A stretch of DNA of 64,000 nucleotides from Laetmonice hystrix (GCA_965235115.1 OZ249437.1:3286001-3350000); one strand, 5' to 3'. Shown: positions 1 to 11,427, numbered from the stretch's first letter. Numbers and translations: made by a program. Notes: generated by a model from the letters alone, not told the origin.

Positions 1-316
1 CTCCCAGTTGATATCATCATCCTCGTTGTCATAGTAATAAATATAGTCGTCCTCTCCTTCCTTGTAACTCACTCCCGTGGCCATACTGTTTCTTTAGGGG
101 GGGAAGGCTCCCCCTTCACACAAAATGATGCAGTTCTAAGAGAGACCAAAGCCCCAAGTGATGATTCAGATGGGATTAGCTCCGGACTTCATGCGATCCT
201 CTCCGCTTACAGGCCCGTCAGCTAATGGGGTAATCCTATCCTTGGACTTGTGTAATAAAAATACAACTCCAGCACTGGTAAATCCGAAACGCTGACCCTG
301 GCAGCACTTCAGGCAG

Positions 317-2778
317 GTGGTCAGTTATGTCAAACCTAAAACGGCTTTCCTATCTGCACAACAGCAGTCGACAGCAGGTCTCGGCGCTCTGAACATCTGG
401 AACCTTGAAACCAGAGGCATGCAATGCAGGTTGGCTGCCTTTGACTTTGACGAGCGAGCGAACATAGGGCATGTATCAGTATGTACACAATGTATAGGTG
501 TATGTCCTCGTGTACGTAGACTTCCTTCCGTGAACGTGACCCCAGAAAGCCTTACCGCATCATAAATTTCCCATCCAAGTGTAGGACTTCCAAGGATTCA
601 GTATTCACCAGACTGTGTAAGGAAGGTCGGAGGTATTAAAGTGTTCGACTGAGGTAAAGGCGGACGGTGTCGTGCAGACGACGGTGAGGGGTGAGAACCC
701 AGACCACGATGGCACGCACCAGTTGTACACATACGACCAGATTTCTAAGGTGAGGTACCGGCGGGGACGCAAGCCCCGCCGACAGAGGCGATAACCCACC
801 TGTACTCTACCTCCCTCCCTGTCTGTCTGTCTGCGTTCCTGTCTGTCTACCTGCGCCGACCACCACAGGTACAGGTTGAGCACGCCGGTTCTGATACGAG
901 CACGAGACGGGAGGTTGGATTTGGCCACTTACCGTTTGGGTTCTGACCAACTCACTGACTGTGCTGAGTTGGAGGAGGTGGGACCGCCACTGACTCGTTG
1001 CTCTGAGGGTGGCGGTGAAGGTTCTGAAAGCGCTCAGGTGTGCATGTGCGTGCTTGGAGGTACAGAGCCAGAGTGGGGAGGGGGCCTCGACTGATCGCAC
1101 TGTCTGTGCAAGGCATATCTCCTTTCTGCTCTCTTGCCAACCACAATCAGTACCAAGTGGCCTTTCTGTATCAATACGTCACCGCATGTCAGCCGACCTC
1201 CTTCGTCATTGTCACAGCCCCTCGGTCTGTAGCAACCTTGACTCTGCGACCCTTTGAGCCATTATATAACAGATTAACCTGCAGTCAAAACAGATATAGA
1301 AATCTCCTGAGGTATTATACTAGCTCCCGGACAGGTAGGAGGTCATATACCAACAGGTGAAGATTAACACCAGGACTCCTGGGCTCTCAACATAGGTCCA
1401 GAAGGATGCACGTATTCCGGCCGGCATTTCATCCCAAACGCAGTGAAAACAAATCGTTGCTGACGGTTGTTGTAAAGGTCATTCCTGGCCTCTATGTGAA
1501 GCCGAACACAGGGTCCTAATGGTCTGTAAGGAAAGGGGCGGGGGGAGGGGGGGTCCTATAATCTAAGCTGGTTCAGTTTGCTTCTGCTGCTGTTCATGTC
1601 AATAATGCCAATTATAAAGATCAGACTCCTGTAAATGTCACCAGGATACGTCTGTGTCCAGCTAGCTATTATTTGATTCCAACAGCGGAGAAACCAGAGG
1701 CAGCGAAGTTAATGTTTGTGGTTGTGGCAATTAAATCGTATTCACGGCTATTAAATCGTATCCACAGTTATTTACACCTACTGATTTCATCCACGCCGGT
1801 GTTTGATTGTATTATTCAGCCCAGACTCCTCGTAACATCGCACGGGGGCGCTTCGGTCGCATGTCCACCACCTCCTGACCGCCCATAAAATCGCAGCCTC
1901 GCTCAGTCACCAGGTCCTGAATGCCAAGTGGTCGCAGGTTTATGATGACCTGAACTTGCCACATAACCTGACCAGCATACATCCACGAGTATTCCACAAT
2001 GCCGACTGTTTGATTGACTGAGGATTTCACTGTTTCTGTATGTCGTTATCCAGCTTTTAAAAAATCCATCAACCCCTGACCCGTGAAATACTGCTTGTTG
2101 TTTGTTGTTAATGAGTCTGAGTATCCTGGCCGGTCCCTCTGTGACTGCGATCCCAAACTAGATTAATTATATTCACTCCTGATCGAGTTTCAGTGGACCA
2201 ATCGGATCTTGTCGCTGTGGTGACAACTCCAAACTGTAGTGTTCAATGGCAGGTAAAACATGGGCTCTGGTAAGAGCCCTAAAACCCGATACTGTGGATA
2301 AGATAAGGTGAAACCCATACGGTCTGACTACAATGAGACACGAGTCAGTGATCAGATCAAATTGTTCAATGACGGGCACTGGCTTACACCAACGGACCAG
2401 TGGTCAATTAAACACGAGTAGCCATGACGTGGCACACACAGGTGTGAACAATATCCGACTCTGCTGCATGAGGCGTTGCCTGTCACCTGGCATCTCGGGG
2501 AAGTTTTTGGTGAGGTGGCAGGTGGCAAATTGAGGCAGTCCGGTTGGGTGCTGTGCAGCTTTAACAAGGCTGGCGGGAAATGGAGTCTCTCTTCGTCTGC
2601 TACAAAACAGCAGCAAAGTGGGACTCACAGCACTGCTGCTGAGGCCAGGGCACCTGCTGCTGCTGCTGCTTCTGCCTCGCCTTGGCTGCAGCTGCATCCT
2701 ACAGACCCACAGTCAGTACATGTATCCATCTCGGGAGAAAGACATGCTGTTCAAATTCTCACATTGAATGCCAAGTAG
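317..2778 (+). CDS. Candidate 3' part of an unidentified multi-exon gene, possibly beta-propeller/WD40-like; may be degraded
   Basis: Phase-compatible exons 2194..2269 (tttcag| ... |gtaaga) and 2442..2778 give DQSDLVAVVTTPNCSVQWQVKHGLWCEQYPTLLHEALPVTW...PWLQLHPTDPQSVHVSISGERHAVQILTLNAK*. 317..565 contains LNIWNLETRGMQCRL, WD40-like. Intervening exons could not be chained. Confidence 0.25.
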
Positions 2779-4694
2779 ATGTAACCCTTATAGACAAATG
2801 AAGCAATTTACACAAAATGTGTGTCAACATAAACTAACTACGAGGTGCTAATTTAATAAGTCTACTGTTAAGCGGTACCTTATCTCTGTCAATGTCGGTC
2901 TCTACTGGATGGAATGTTGACAAATGGCCGAGTACAAGGCCAAAGCACGCGAACAATATGTTAGCAGTGTCAGTTGACGCAACCATTCGTTAAACAAATC
3001 ATTTTTATTTTTTGCGAAAATATATTATCGTTTCTAGTTACCTATAAAGCAAAATTGTTTTATTATTTTGTGCCTTGAAATCGGTAGTAGCGCTCAAGTT
3101 TTTACCAACTATTTTCCTTACACATATTAAATCTACACTATGCATGAATTGCAATGGTGCAAACACTCATACAATGTCGCCAAATGTTTTATGTGACCTT
3201 CCACGTAATCTAATTACATGTCTCTGCGCACTCAGGTTATACAGGGTAAGCCCAAGGTCAGTGAGAACTTTCTGTAAGTTATGATGCACAGCGACTGTTG
3301 GCTCACCCTGTGTAGGGGAACGCACACTCTCCGGACAGAGATCGTTCACTTCATTCAATATCTGCCACAGGCTAGGTACTGCCGTTTGAGTGACCCCTGA
3401 CCTGATCTAGAAATCCCAGATCGGGCCAGCCGAGCTGGAATCAATTTTGATGTTTGATTTTGCTGAAGCACTCTTGTTGTTTACTTTTACGGCGCATACT
3501 GTCAGAATATGATGCCACACAAACGTCTAAATCGTCGGAGAAATCAAATGCAGCTGCTATGTTAAACGGTAGTACCTAGTCGGAAATACCCGAAGTATTT
3601 CGAATCATCCCGAAATTTGCCAACCGACTTGCGACTATAGCTGATCTCCCTCCGCAGATGTAGTCCCCTAGTTCTGACTCTAAAGTTGCAATACCATACT
3701 GTAATTTCACAGTATATTCTTCTGTAAACCAAATTACATGAAATGTTACTCTAAATTTACAGTAGACCTAATGTATTTTTACAGTACATGACTGTAGTCT
3801 CAGATTTACAGCACCCAGGCGTGTAAATTAACACCAACTAATACTGTAAAAATTGCTACAGTAAAAAGTACTGTTGTATTACAGTATAAGTTGCTGCGAT
3901 TTAACAATAACTTCTTACAGTGTAAGTACGGCACTCACTTTCGCAGACTATTACAGGGATCTTTCTTTGCTTCAACGATTAAATGGTGGCTATCTTATGA
4001 CAACTTTGGGATAGTGGCCAATGATAGTCCACCTAATCGTAGATGCAAGTCCAGTCTCAACCCTAACGCCTGGTGTGACCTCATGACCTGTGTGTAATAC
4101 TCGTGTGTCGTTACTGTGAGTCGTACAACCATACCTCGGTAATCCGTGCTTCCATACTTCATATAACTCACAATCCGAACACACTTTCTGGTAACCGCTT
4201 CTACCATTCTCTGCTTATAATGATTTAGTAATCCGTAAATATTATGTTTCACAATCTAAACCTAATTTTCCTATTCGGATAAACGAGTGATGACCCCCAT
4301 CTCTACGATTTTGACCGATATTTTAAATTAAACGTAAATTAATAGTTTTGGGGAAAATATTTTTATTACACTCAAATACCACTGCCTAGTTAATAATCGA
4401 ACCGCGAGAATAATTAAAATACGTTTTGTGTTTTAACATTGGCGCAGGTCTTGAATACGAGCAGCAATCTAAAATCATTCAAACAGAGCAGATTTCATGG
4501 CCGGAGAGAAGCGGGAAGGTCATCCCTAAAACTGTGTCCAGTTTTTTACCATTTTTAATAGGGAGAATGACATTTTAAGATTGAAGAAGTCCGTCCCGTG
4601 TTCGAACCCTGCCCAAATGAAGAGCATGTGATCCCCAGGTCCGCCTTGTTAGTCTAGGCGATCTATTCTAAAACTCTTACGACAGGAGCCGCCC

Positions 4695-5877
4695 CAATGA
4701 GAGAACAGTTGGGGTTGTCTGTGTATGTAATCTGGGCTGGGGTCTCAATGAGAGAACAGTTGGGGTTGTCTGTGTATGTAATCTGGGCTGGGGGCAATGA
4801 GAGAACAGTTGGGGTTGTCTGTGTATGTAATCTGGGCTGGGGGCCTCAATGAGAGAACAGTTGGGGTTGTCTGTGTATGTAATCTGGGCTGGGGACCTCA
4901 ATGAGAGAACAGTTGGGGTTGTCTGTGTATGTAATCTGGGCTGGGGGTCTCAATGAGAGAACAGTTGGGGTTGTCTGTGTATGTAATCTGGGCTGGGGGC
5001 AATGAGAGAACAGTTGGGGTTGTCTGTGTATGTAATCTGGGCTGGGGGCAATGAGAGAACAGTTGGGGTTGTCTGTGTATGTAATCTGGGCTGGGGGCCT
5101 CAATGAGAGAACAGTTGGGGTTGTCTGTGTATGTAATCTGGGCTGGGGGCAATGAGAGAACAGTTGGGGTTGTCTGTGTATGTAATCTGGGCTGGGGGCC
5201 TCAATGAGAGAACAGTTGGGGTTGTCTGTGTATGTAATCTGGGCTGGGGGCAATGAGAGAACAGTTGGGGTTGTCTGTGTATGTAATCTGGGCTGGGGGT
5301 CTCAATGAGAGAACAGTTGGGGTTGTCTGTGTATGTAATCTGGGCTGGGGGTCTCAATGAGAGAACAGTTGGGGTTGTCTGTGTATGTAATCTGGGCTGG
5401 GGGCAATGAGAGAACAGTTGGGGTTGTCTGTGTATGTAATCTGGGCTGGGGGTCTCAATGAGAGAACAGTTGGGGTTGTCTGTGTATGTAATCTGGGCTG
5501 GGGGTCTCAATGAGAGAACAGTTGGGGTTGTCTGTGTATGTAATCTGGGCTGGGGGCAATGAGAGAACACTAGGGGTTGTCTGTGTATGTAATCTGGGCT
5601 GGGGGCCTCAATGACAGAACAGTTGGGGTTGTCTGTGTATGTAATCTGGGCTGGAGACCTCAATGAGAGAACAGTTGGGGTTGTCTGTGTATGTAATCTG
5701 GGCTGGGGGTCTTAATGACAGAACAGTTGGGGTTGTCTGTGTATGTAATCTGGGCTGGGGGTCTCAATGAGAGAACAGTTGGGGTTGTCTGTGTATGTTA
5801 TCTGGGCTGGGGGTCTCAATGACAGAACAGTTGGGGTTGTCTGTGTATGTAATCTGGGCTGGGGGCAATGAGAGAAC
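4695..5877. repeat. Minisatellite, 49/52-bp unit, about 23 copies
   Basis: Unit caatgagagaacagttggggttgtctgtgtatgtaatctgggctggggg(tct), seen directly. Confidence 0.97.
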
Positions 5878-6055
5878 TGGTGGAAACTACCGGAGTACGC
5901 GGCGAAACCACCGACCTTGCACAGGTGTGAGAATGCAAAAATTAGGAAAAGAAAAAAAGTCGAAAGATCCATTAGCTGACTATAACCTTTTCAGGCGAAG
6001 CTCTAAAGTGGGTTCAAACCCACAGGTGACAAGCCAGGATCGTCACGGCCCGGAA
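5876..6055 (-). mobile_element. Degenerate tRNA-derived SINE (B box plus V/Meta-like core)
   Basis: Minus strand has the B-box-like hairpin gtgggtttgaacccac, then about 85 nt later ggtcggtggtttcgccgcgtactccggtagtttccacc, resembling the conserved SINE core GGTTT.CTCCGGGTACTCCGGTTTCC. Confidence 0.4.
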
Positions 6056-7041
6056 GATAATGAGGAACTCGGTGATAACTCAGTTACTACAGTCGCTCGG
6101 GTATTGTGTGCAGTGACGAGAGAGGCCGCGAGGGCTCAGTGGTGTAAGGTTCTGACTCCTTACAACATGGTCGCTCATCTTTGGGCTCAAATCCCATTCC
6201 AGCCGCATGCAAGTAAAGCACCAATTCAAATCTAATACACTGAGGATAGCATGCAGCCCGCTCTGACGCCTTAAAATCAATACCGCAATCCCGCAATACA
6301 GTACGTTAGGGTTACAATAGTTGATTTGCAACCTCTCCAGTCAAATTGTTGCATGCGCTTTTTTTCATTACAACTTTTGGTCCAATGGTGCCATTCACCG
6401 CAGCATAATTATTGCAATTATTAAAATCTGTAGTATCGTAGCAGGTGTGTATTTACGGCCGTTATCTGACCAAATTAACATGCAAATGAATACTCAAACC
6501 AATTTACCTCGGATGCATATTGTGTAAATGCATTGGGAAATGTATACTCATAGTATAAGCTGGCTACCCCTGGTCGCTACTGGAAATATTTGTTACGCTG
6601 TTTTCCCTACCAACAAATCGACTGGTGAATAAAATCGCCAATGTAAATGTTTACGTTGCCCACTTATGAAACAAACTACAAACTCCCCCAAACCGTTAGA
6701 AAAACTCCACAGGGTTGGAAGATTTCCGTTTCAACTTAAGACAGAAGACTACCCGTTACACACCGAGTAGGAATCCCCCTCAAGCGGAAAGATGTTGGTT
6801 GTCAGCTTTGTGTCAACATATCTCCTTATCACAGCCTGACCCCGGTCTACCTGATTAGCGTGCCACCCCAAGGATAAGCCACCATACCCACTTGTAAGGT
6901 ACACACGGATTGACAAGATTAGTGCGGGATGCTTTCTCTGCAGGAGGCCAAACAAACACATTTAATGGGAAGTCTTAACGCGACGGCGACCAATACGAAA
7001 ACCCCTGCTTCAAAACAAAGAAAGCGCCGACATTATATACA

Positions 7042-7383
7042 TAATTCTGCTGTATGTCTAACCATGATACTCCAGGAGTTGAGTTAATTCTGCTGTATAT
7101 CTAACCATGATACCCCAGGAGTTGAGTTAATTCTGCTGTATGTCTAACCATGATACCCCAGGAGTTGAGTTAATTCTGTGGTATATCTAACCATGATACA
7201 CCAGGAGTTGAGTTAATTCTGTGGTATATCTAACCATGATACCCCCAGGAGTTGAGTGAATTCTGTTGTATATCTAACCATGATACCCCCAGGAGTTGAG
7301 TTAATTCTGCTGTATATCTAACCATGATACCCCCAGGAGTTGAGTTAATTCTGCTGTACATATATCTAACCATGATACCCCCA
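7042..7383. repeat. Minisatellite, about 43-44-bp unit, about 8 copies
   Basis: Unit aattctgctgtatatctaaccatgatacccccaggagttgagtt. Confidence 0.95.
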
Positions 7384-7874
7384 GGGTATCATGTATAATG
7401 CTGTGTATCATTCCCCCATACTTTATGTACCTCGGCTGCTTTATGACACACAGCACTATCTTAGTTTTGTTTAGTCTTTCACTTTTCCCGTTAAGTCTGA
7501 ACACTAATCGAACCCTTTAATGTGTCGTAACGCTGCCACATGAAAGCCTAGCTATTATTGGAGTGGCGAACATACTCGTGGTGTGATCTCATACCCTATC
7601 TACCGGCACCTCGACAGGATCGCCGCTCCACATTCTACAGCTTGCATTTATATCATTATAATTTAAAAGCGACTTTTTACCCCACAAAGCCTTGTCGGTT
7701 TTACCCGTGAGCGAGCGGGATTAGTTTTTCGATCCATCCCTGGGAACGCTAAGTTGCTAACGACGTCACTAAGTTCGCCTGGTGACGTAAATGAATAATA
7801 TTATCGTCATCGATGAATGACGCACAACTGGCTCCTGGCCTGGGTCCGTACGCACAGCTGGTTCTACGTGGTAT

Positions 7875-8082
7875 AGGTGGTGGAGGGCGGTGGTNNNNNN
7901 NNNNNNNNNNNNNNNNNNNNNNNNNNNNNNNNNNNNNNNNNNNNNNNNNNNNNNNNNNNNNNNNNNNNNNNNNNNNNNNNNNNNNNNNNNNNNNNNNNNN
8001 NNNNNNNNNNNNNNNNNNNNNNNNGGAGGTCGGTGGTGGAGGGCGGTGGTGGAGGACGGTGGTGGAGGGCGGTGGTGGAGGC
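7875..8082. repeat. G-rich simple repeat (GGAGGGCGGTGGT)n containing a 130-N gap (7895..8024)
   Basis: Same motif on both sides of the N run. Confidence 0.8.
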
Positions 8083-8100
8083 ACCGCTTTGAGGCACATT

Positions 8101-8223
8101 TATTACAATTATACGAGACTTACCTTGGTAAAGGTTGAAGTAGAATTAGGATTTTACCGAGGACAACACATAGTGTTGTAGGGAATAGATGAGAAGGTGA
8201 GCGCCGGTAGCTCGACACGTCAG
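8101..8223 (-). repeat. DIRS 3' ITR with terminal extension
   Basis: 8147..8223 is an imperfect inverted copy of 13288..13364; 8101..8191 is a perfect inverted copy of 8356..8446. Confidence 0.93.
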
Positions 8224-8355
8224 ACTTTAGCGGGAGCGATAAGGAAGCCTTATTCCTAACCCTAACAGTTACTCAAGAACTTAATCCTATTGAGACATGT
8301 GTATCAATTTACCTTTAAACCTCCGCCAGTGTTTAAATAGGGCGGGAAGGGTGGG

Positions 8356-8489
8356 CATCTATTCCCTACAACACTATGTGTTGTCCTCGGTAAAATCCTA
8401 ATTCTACTTCAACCTTTACCAAGGTAAGTCTCGTATAATTGTAATATTTTCCCGAGGACAACACTACGTGTTTCCGGAAATAGATGAGA
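8356..8489 (-). repeat. DIRS internal complementary region (ICR)
   Basis: 8356..8446 is the reverse complement of 8101..8191 (91 bp); 8447..8489 is the reverse complement of 13317..13359 (43 bp); the two parts are joined end to end. Confidence 0.93.
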
Positions 8490-8573
8490 TGTTTAGAGCA
8501 GACCGGTAAGGTCAAAGGCTTCCTTCATCGCTCAATAAATAACAAACTCCTTCAATTCATTTTATTATTTTAT

Positions 8574-9524
8574 TTAGACCATGCCCAACACTGCTTCCGC
8601 TACTGAGCCAGAGTCTTTATCTAAACCCTTATTATAATAAGTTGCGAAGGATTGTGCATTTTTCCATCCTGCCTGTTTAAGGATCTGGTTAACCGAGACC
8701 CCCATCCTATTAGCTGCCGAAGCAGAGGCTCCCCTGGTGGAATGACTTTTGTATTTAGACGTATCAATCCCAGCCTGGGTCAAAACTTGTAGTGTCCATC
8801 TGGCCAACGTATCTCTCGAGATCGGTTTGTGAGGTGGCCGAAAACTTAACAATAACTGCGTTTCTCCCTTTCTCAGTTTTTCTGTCCTTTGCACATACTC
8901 TTTCAATGTTCTCACGACACATAATCTGCGACATTTGCCATACGGCCTTAATAATAAGGAATCTAGTGGATCCCCCAGTCTGTTGTGTTTTAGCAAAGTT
9001 TTCATTTTAAACACAACCACATCAGCTATATCCATATTTCCCAGATCCAAGTTCACTATGGTTTGCCCTCTCTGTGACGTTACCAGTAATAACAACACAG
9101 TCAGTTTATGTGTCAACAACTTTAAAGATAATGTCGAACTATGTCCCCAACTCTTGAAAAGCCTTAAGACTTTACCCACGTCCCAAAAGGCTGAATATTT
9201 TGCGGACGGTGGATTCCTCTCATAAACTCCTTTCAATAACCTACAAACCAGTGGATGCTTTCCCAGCTGATATCCTTCATACTGTGGTAATATTATAGAT
9301 AACGCCGATCGCGCCGTATTGATGGCCCCATATCCGAGGCCCTGCTCAGACAACAGCACAAAAAACTTACATACCTCCTGTAGTGTTGGTTCTAATAATC
9401 TTATTTTTCGTTCTACACAGAACGTCGCCCACTTCTTCAAATAGGTAGTATACACCTTTTTTGTACTAGGTCTCCAAGAGTCCAAAACTAGTTTAACTGT
9501 CTTTAAATCAAACCCTTTCTTCAT
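8574..9524 (-). CDS. DIRS ORF3 tyrosine recombinase (316 aa from ATG 9524; frame open to 9686)
   Basis: N-terminal SWRPSTKKVYTTYLKKWATFC core-binding region; catalytic motifs TSQRGQ (R), KSHSTRGASAS (HxxR), AGW and SFATYY (Y). Confidence 0.95.
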   Translation of the reverse strand: MKKGFDLKTVKLVLDSWRPSTKKVYTTYLKKWATFCVERKIRLLEPTLQEVCKFFVLLSEQGLGYGAINTARSALSIILPQYEGYQLGKHPLVCRLLKGVYERNPPSAKYSAFWDVGKVLRLFKSWGHSSTLSLKLLTHKLTVLLLLVTSQRGQTIVNLDLGNMDIADVVVFKMKTLLKHNRLGDPLDSLLLRPYGKCRRLCVVRTLKEYVQRTEKLRKGETQLLLSFRPPHKPISRDTLARWTLQVLTQAGIDTSKYKSHSTRGASASAANRMGVSVNQILKQAGWKNAQSFATYYNKGLDKDSGSVAEAVLGMV

Positions 9525-11422
9525 AAGTTGTTTGGCCAAAAAAGGAAGGCCACCAACGGGCACTTGCTCATGAAGTCTGCGTTGTTTGGGTTTCCTCGAG
9601 GTATGAGATTCCCCTTCCGAGTCCTGAAGAGTAGCCTCCTTTTTGCTACCTTTGACACAGTGGCATACCAGGCCTGTGACGGCCACAACGGGGCCACCAG
9701 TATTGCCCTGCTGTTTTCCATCCGGAGTTTGCTGACTACTCTCCCCATCAAACTGAAAGGAGGAAAAACATACAAGAAGTTATGACTCCAATCCAGCGAA
9801 AAAGCATCAAATTTCCATGCTCCTGGATCTGGTCTTAAAGACACGTATTTTGGTATCTTTTTATTTAACCTGGACGCGAAGAGGTCCACGTCAGGCATAC
9901 CGAAAATCCTACATATCTTTTTGAAAATTGCATCATTCAATTCCCATTCAGACTCGTCATTAAACTTCCTTGAATTCAAGTCAGCTCGAACATTACTTAC
10001 TCCAGGAATGTGTGTGATCGTAATCCAGTTTTCCTGAGCCTCAGCCCAGTCCCAAATATTCTGAGCTACCTGATTACATTGCTCAGATTTCACTCCTCCC
10101 ATATTCTTAACATAAGCTAACGCTGTCGTACTGTCAGTCATAACCTTTATATGTATTCCTGGTTCTCGACATAGACTTTGAAGGCCAAAAAAGATTCCAG
10201 TCAATTCCAATACATTGATATGTTTAGTCTGTTCAAATGGAAACCATCTGCCTCCAGTTTCTAGGGGGCCTCTGAGAGCCCCCCAGCCAAGCTCAGACGC
10301 ATCCGTTTCGATCTCTACATGTGGAGCTGGAAATCTTATTTTCCTGACTGTCGACAAATGACGCAGCCACCACGTTATATCTTGTTTAGCCCTTTCTGAC
10401 ACTACCATAAGTCCATCAAAATCTCCTCTATTCTCTGCCAACGCCTTATTCTTGTCTATCTCTAACCACTTTATGTGAGCTCCCCCATATTGAACAGCTG
10501 GGGCATAAGCTACCATTAAACCAATTAAACCCGAAACCTCTCGGATACTAAGTTTATCTTTGTCCAGAACTTCTGTGGCAGCACGTGCAAATTTTTCTCT
10601 TTTTTCTGATGTAAGTGAGACTGTCATATCTACAGAATTCAATTGAAAACCTAAAAACACGATGTCTTGTCTCGGTTCAAAAACGGACTTCCGAGGGTGA
10701 ATATGAAACCCTAGATCCTGTAACATCTCACATAATTCCTTAATTGATCCACTACATTCATCAAAAGAATCTGCTACAACAAAAGAATCATCTATGTACG
10801 GAAAACATTCATGTCCGTTTTCCCGTAAAACCGAGAAAGGTGGCACTAACAATTTTGTGAATAGTCTGGGTGCACAAGACAACCCGTTTGGCATACCCAC
10901 ATATTCATACAAGTCCCCTTCAAAACAAAAGCGTAAAAATTTTCTGTGCTTTTCTTTTACGAGTACGCTGTAATAAGCATGAGTCAGATCAACTGACCCC
11001 ATCCAGACTCCCGGTCTCATTAAGTCCAAAGCAGTCTGAAGCGAAGTCATTTTAAAATGTTCGTACTGAACAAACGTATTTAATAAGGTCAAGTCCAGAA
11101 TTACCCTGTGCCCTACAGGTTTGGGTCTAAGGAACACGTTAGAAATAAACTGACCCGGTTCTGGTACTGCTGACTGTATGACACCCAAGTCTAGTAATGT
11201 ATTAAGCTCCTCTCTCATAAAAACCATTTCCTCTGCCCTTAACCTGTAAGGAGGAGGTACTTTAACTTGCAGAGGTTCTCCATCCTTAAATGGTATAGTC
11301 AATCCTTGAACTACATCTATTATCCAGGGATCACTTGTCAAGCGCCTCCACTGTGAGACACAAGTAGCAATACTACCAGCCACAAAACTCCGGGCAGAAT
11401 AAAGAACCTCGGGGATACCCAC
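9521..11422 (-). CDS. DIRS ORF2: reverse transcriptase - RNase H - DNA adenine methyltransferase-like domain
   Basis: RT motifs RVILDLTLLN, SVDLTHAY, MPNGLSCAPRLFTK, YIDD; RNase H motifs ETDASELGWG, HINVLEL, MTDSTTA, HIPGVSNVRAD; MT-like VDLFAS and YVFPPF. True start uncertain (GTG at 11422; frame open from 11515). Confidence 0.96.
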   Translation of the reverse strand: MGIPEVLYSARSFVAGSIATCVSQWRRLTSDPWIIDVVQGLTIPFKDGEPLQVKVPPPYRLRAEEMVFMREELNTLLDLGVIQSAVPEPGQFISNVFLRPKPVGHRVILDLTLLNTFVQYEHFKMTSLQTALDLMRPGVWMGSVDLTHAYYSVLVKEKHRKFLRFCFEGDLYEYVGMPNGLSCAPRLFTKLLVPPFSVLRENGHECFPYIDDSFVVADSFDECSGSIKELCEMLQDLGFHIHPRKSVFEPRQDIVFLGFQLNSVDMTVSLTSEKREKFARAATEVLDKDKLSIREVSGLIGLMVAYAPAVQYGGAHIKWLEIDKNKALAENRGDFDGLMVVSERAKQDITWWLRHLSTVRKIRFPAPHVEIETDASELGWGALRGPLETGGRWFPFEQTKHINVLELTGIFFGLQSLCREPGIHIKVMTDSTTALAYVKNMGGVKSEQCNQVAQNIWDWAEAQENWITITHIPGVSNVRADLNSRKFNDESEWELNDAIFKKICRIFGMPDVDLFASRLNKKIPKYVSLRPDPGAWKFDAFSLDWSHNFLYVFPPFSLMGRVVSKLRMENSRAILVAPLWPSQAWYATVSKVAKRRLLFRTRKGNLIPRGNPNNADFMSKCPLVAFLFWPNNL

Positions 11423-11427
11423 CTGCC

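Noticed and set aside
2352-2697. Minus-strand EGF-like (CSHLCVPRHGYSCL) and poly-Q exon reading
   Set aside because: Needs a 29-nt intron, lacks the remaining EGF cysteines, and conflicts with the better-phased plus-strand reading; not fully excluded.
7895-8024. ORFs spanning the N run
   Set aside because: Artefacts of undetermined bases within a simple repeat.
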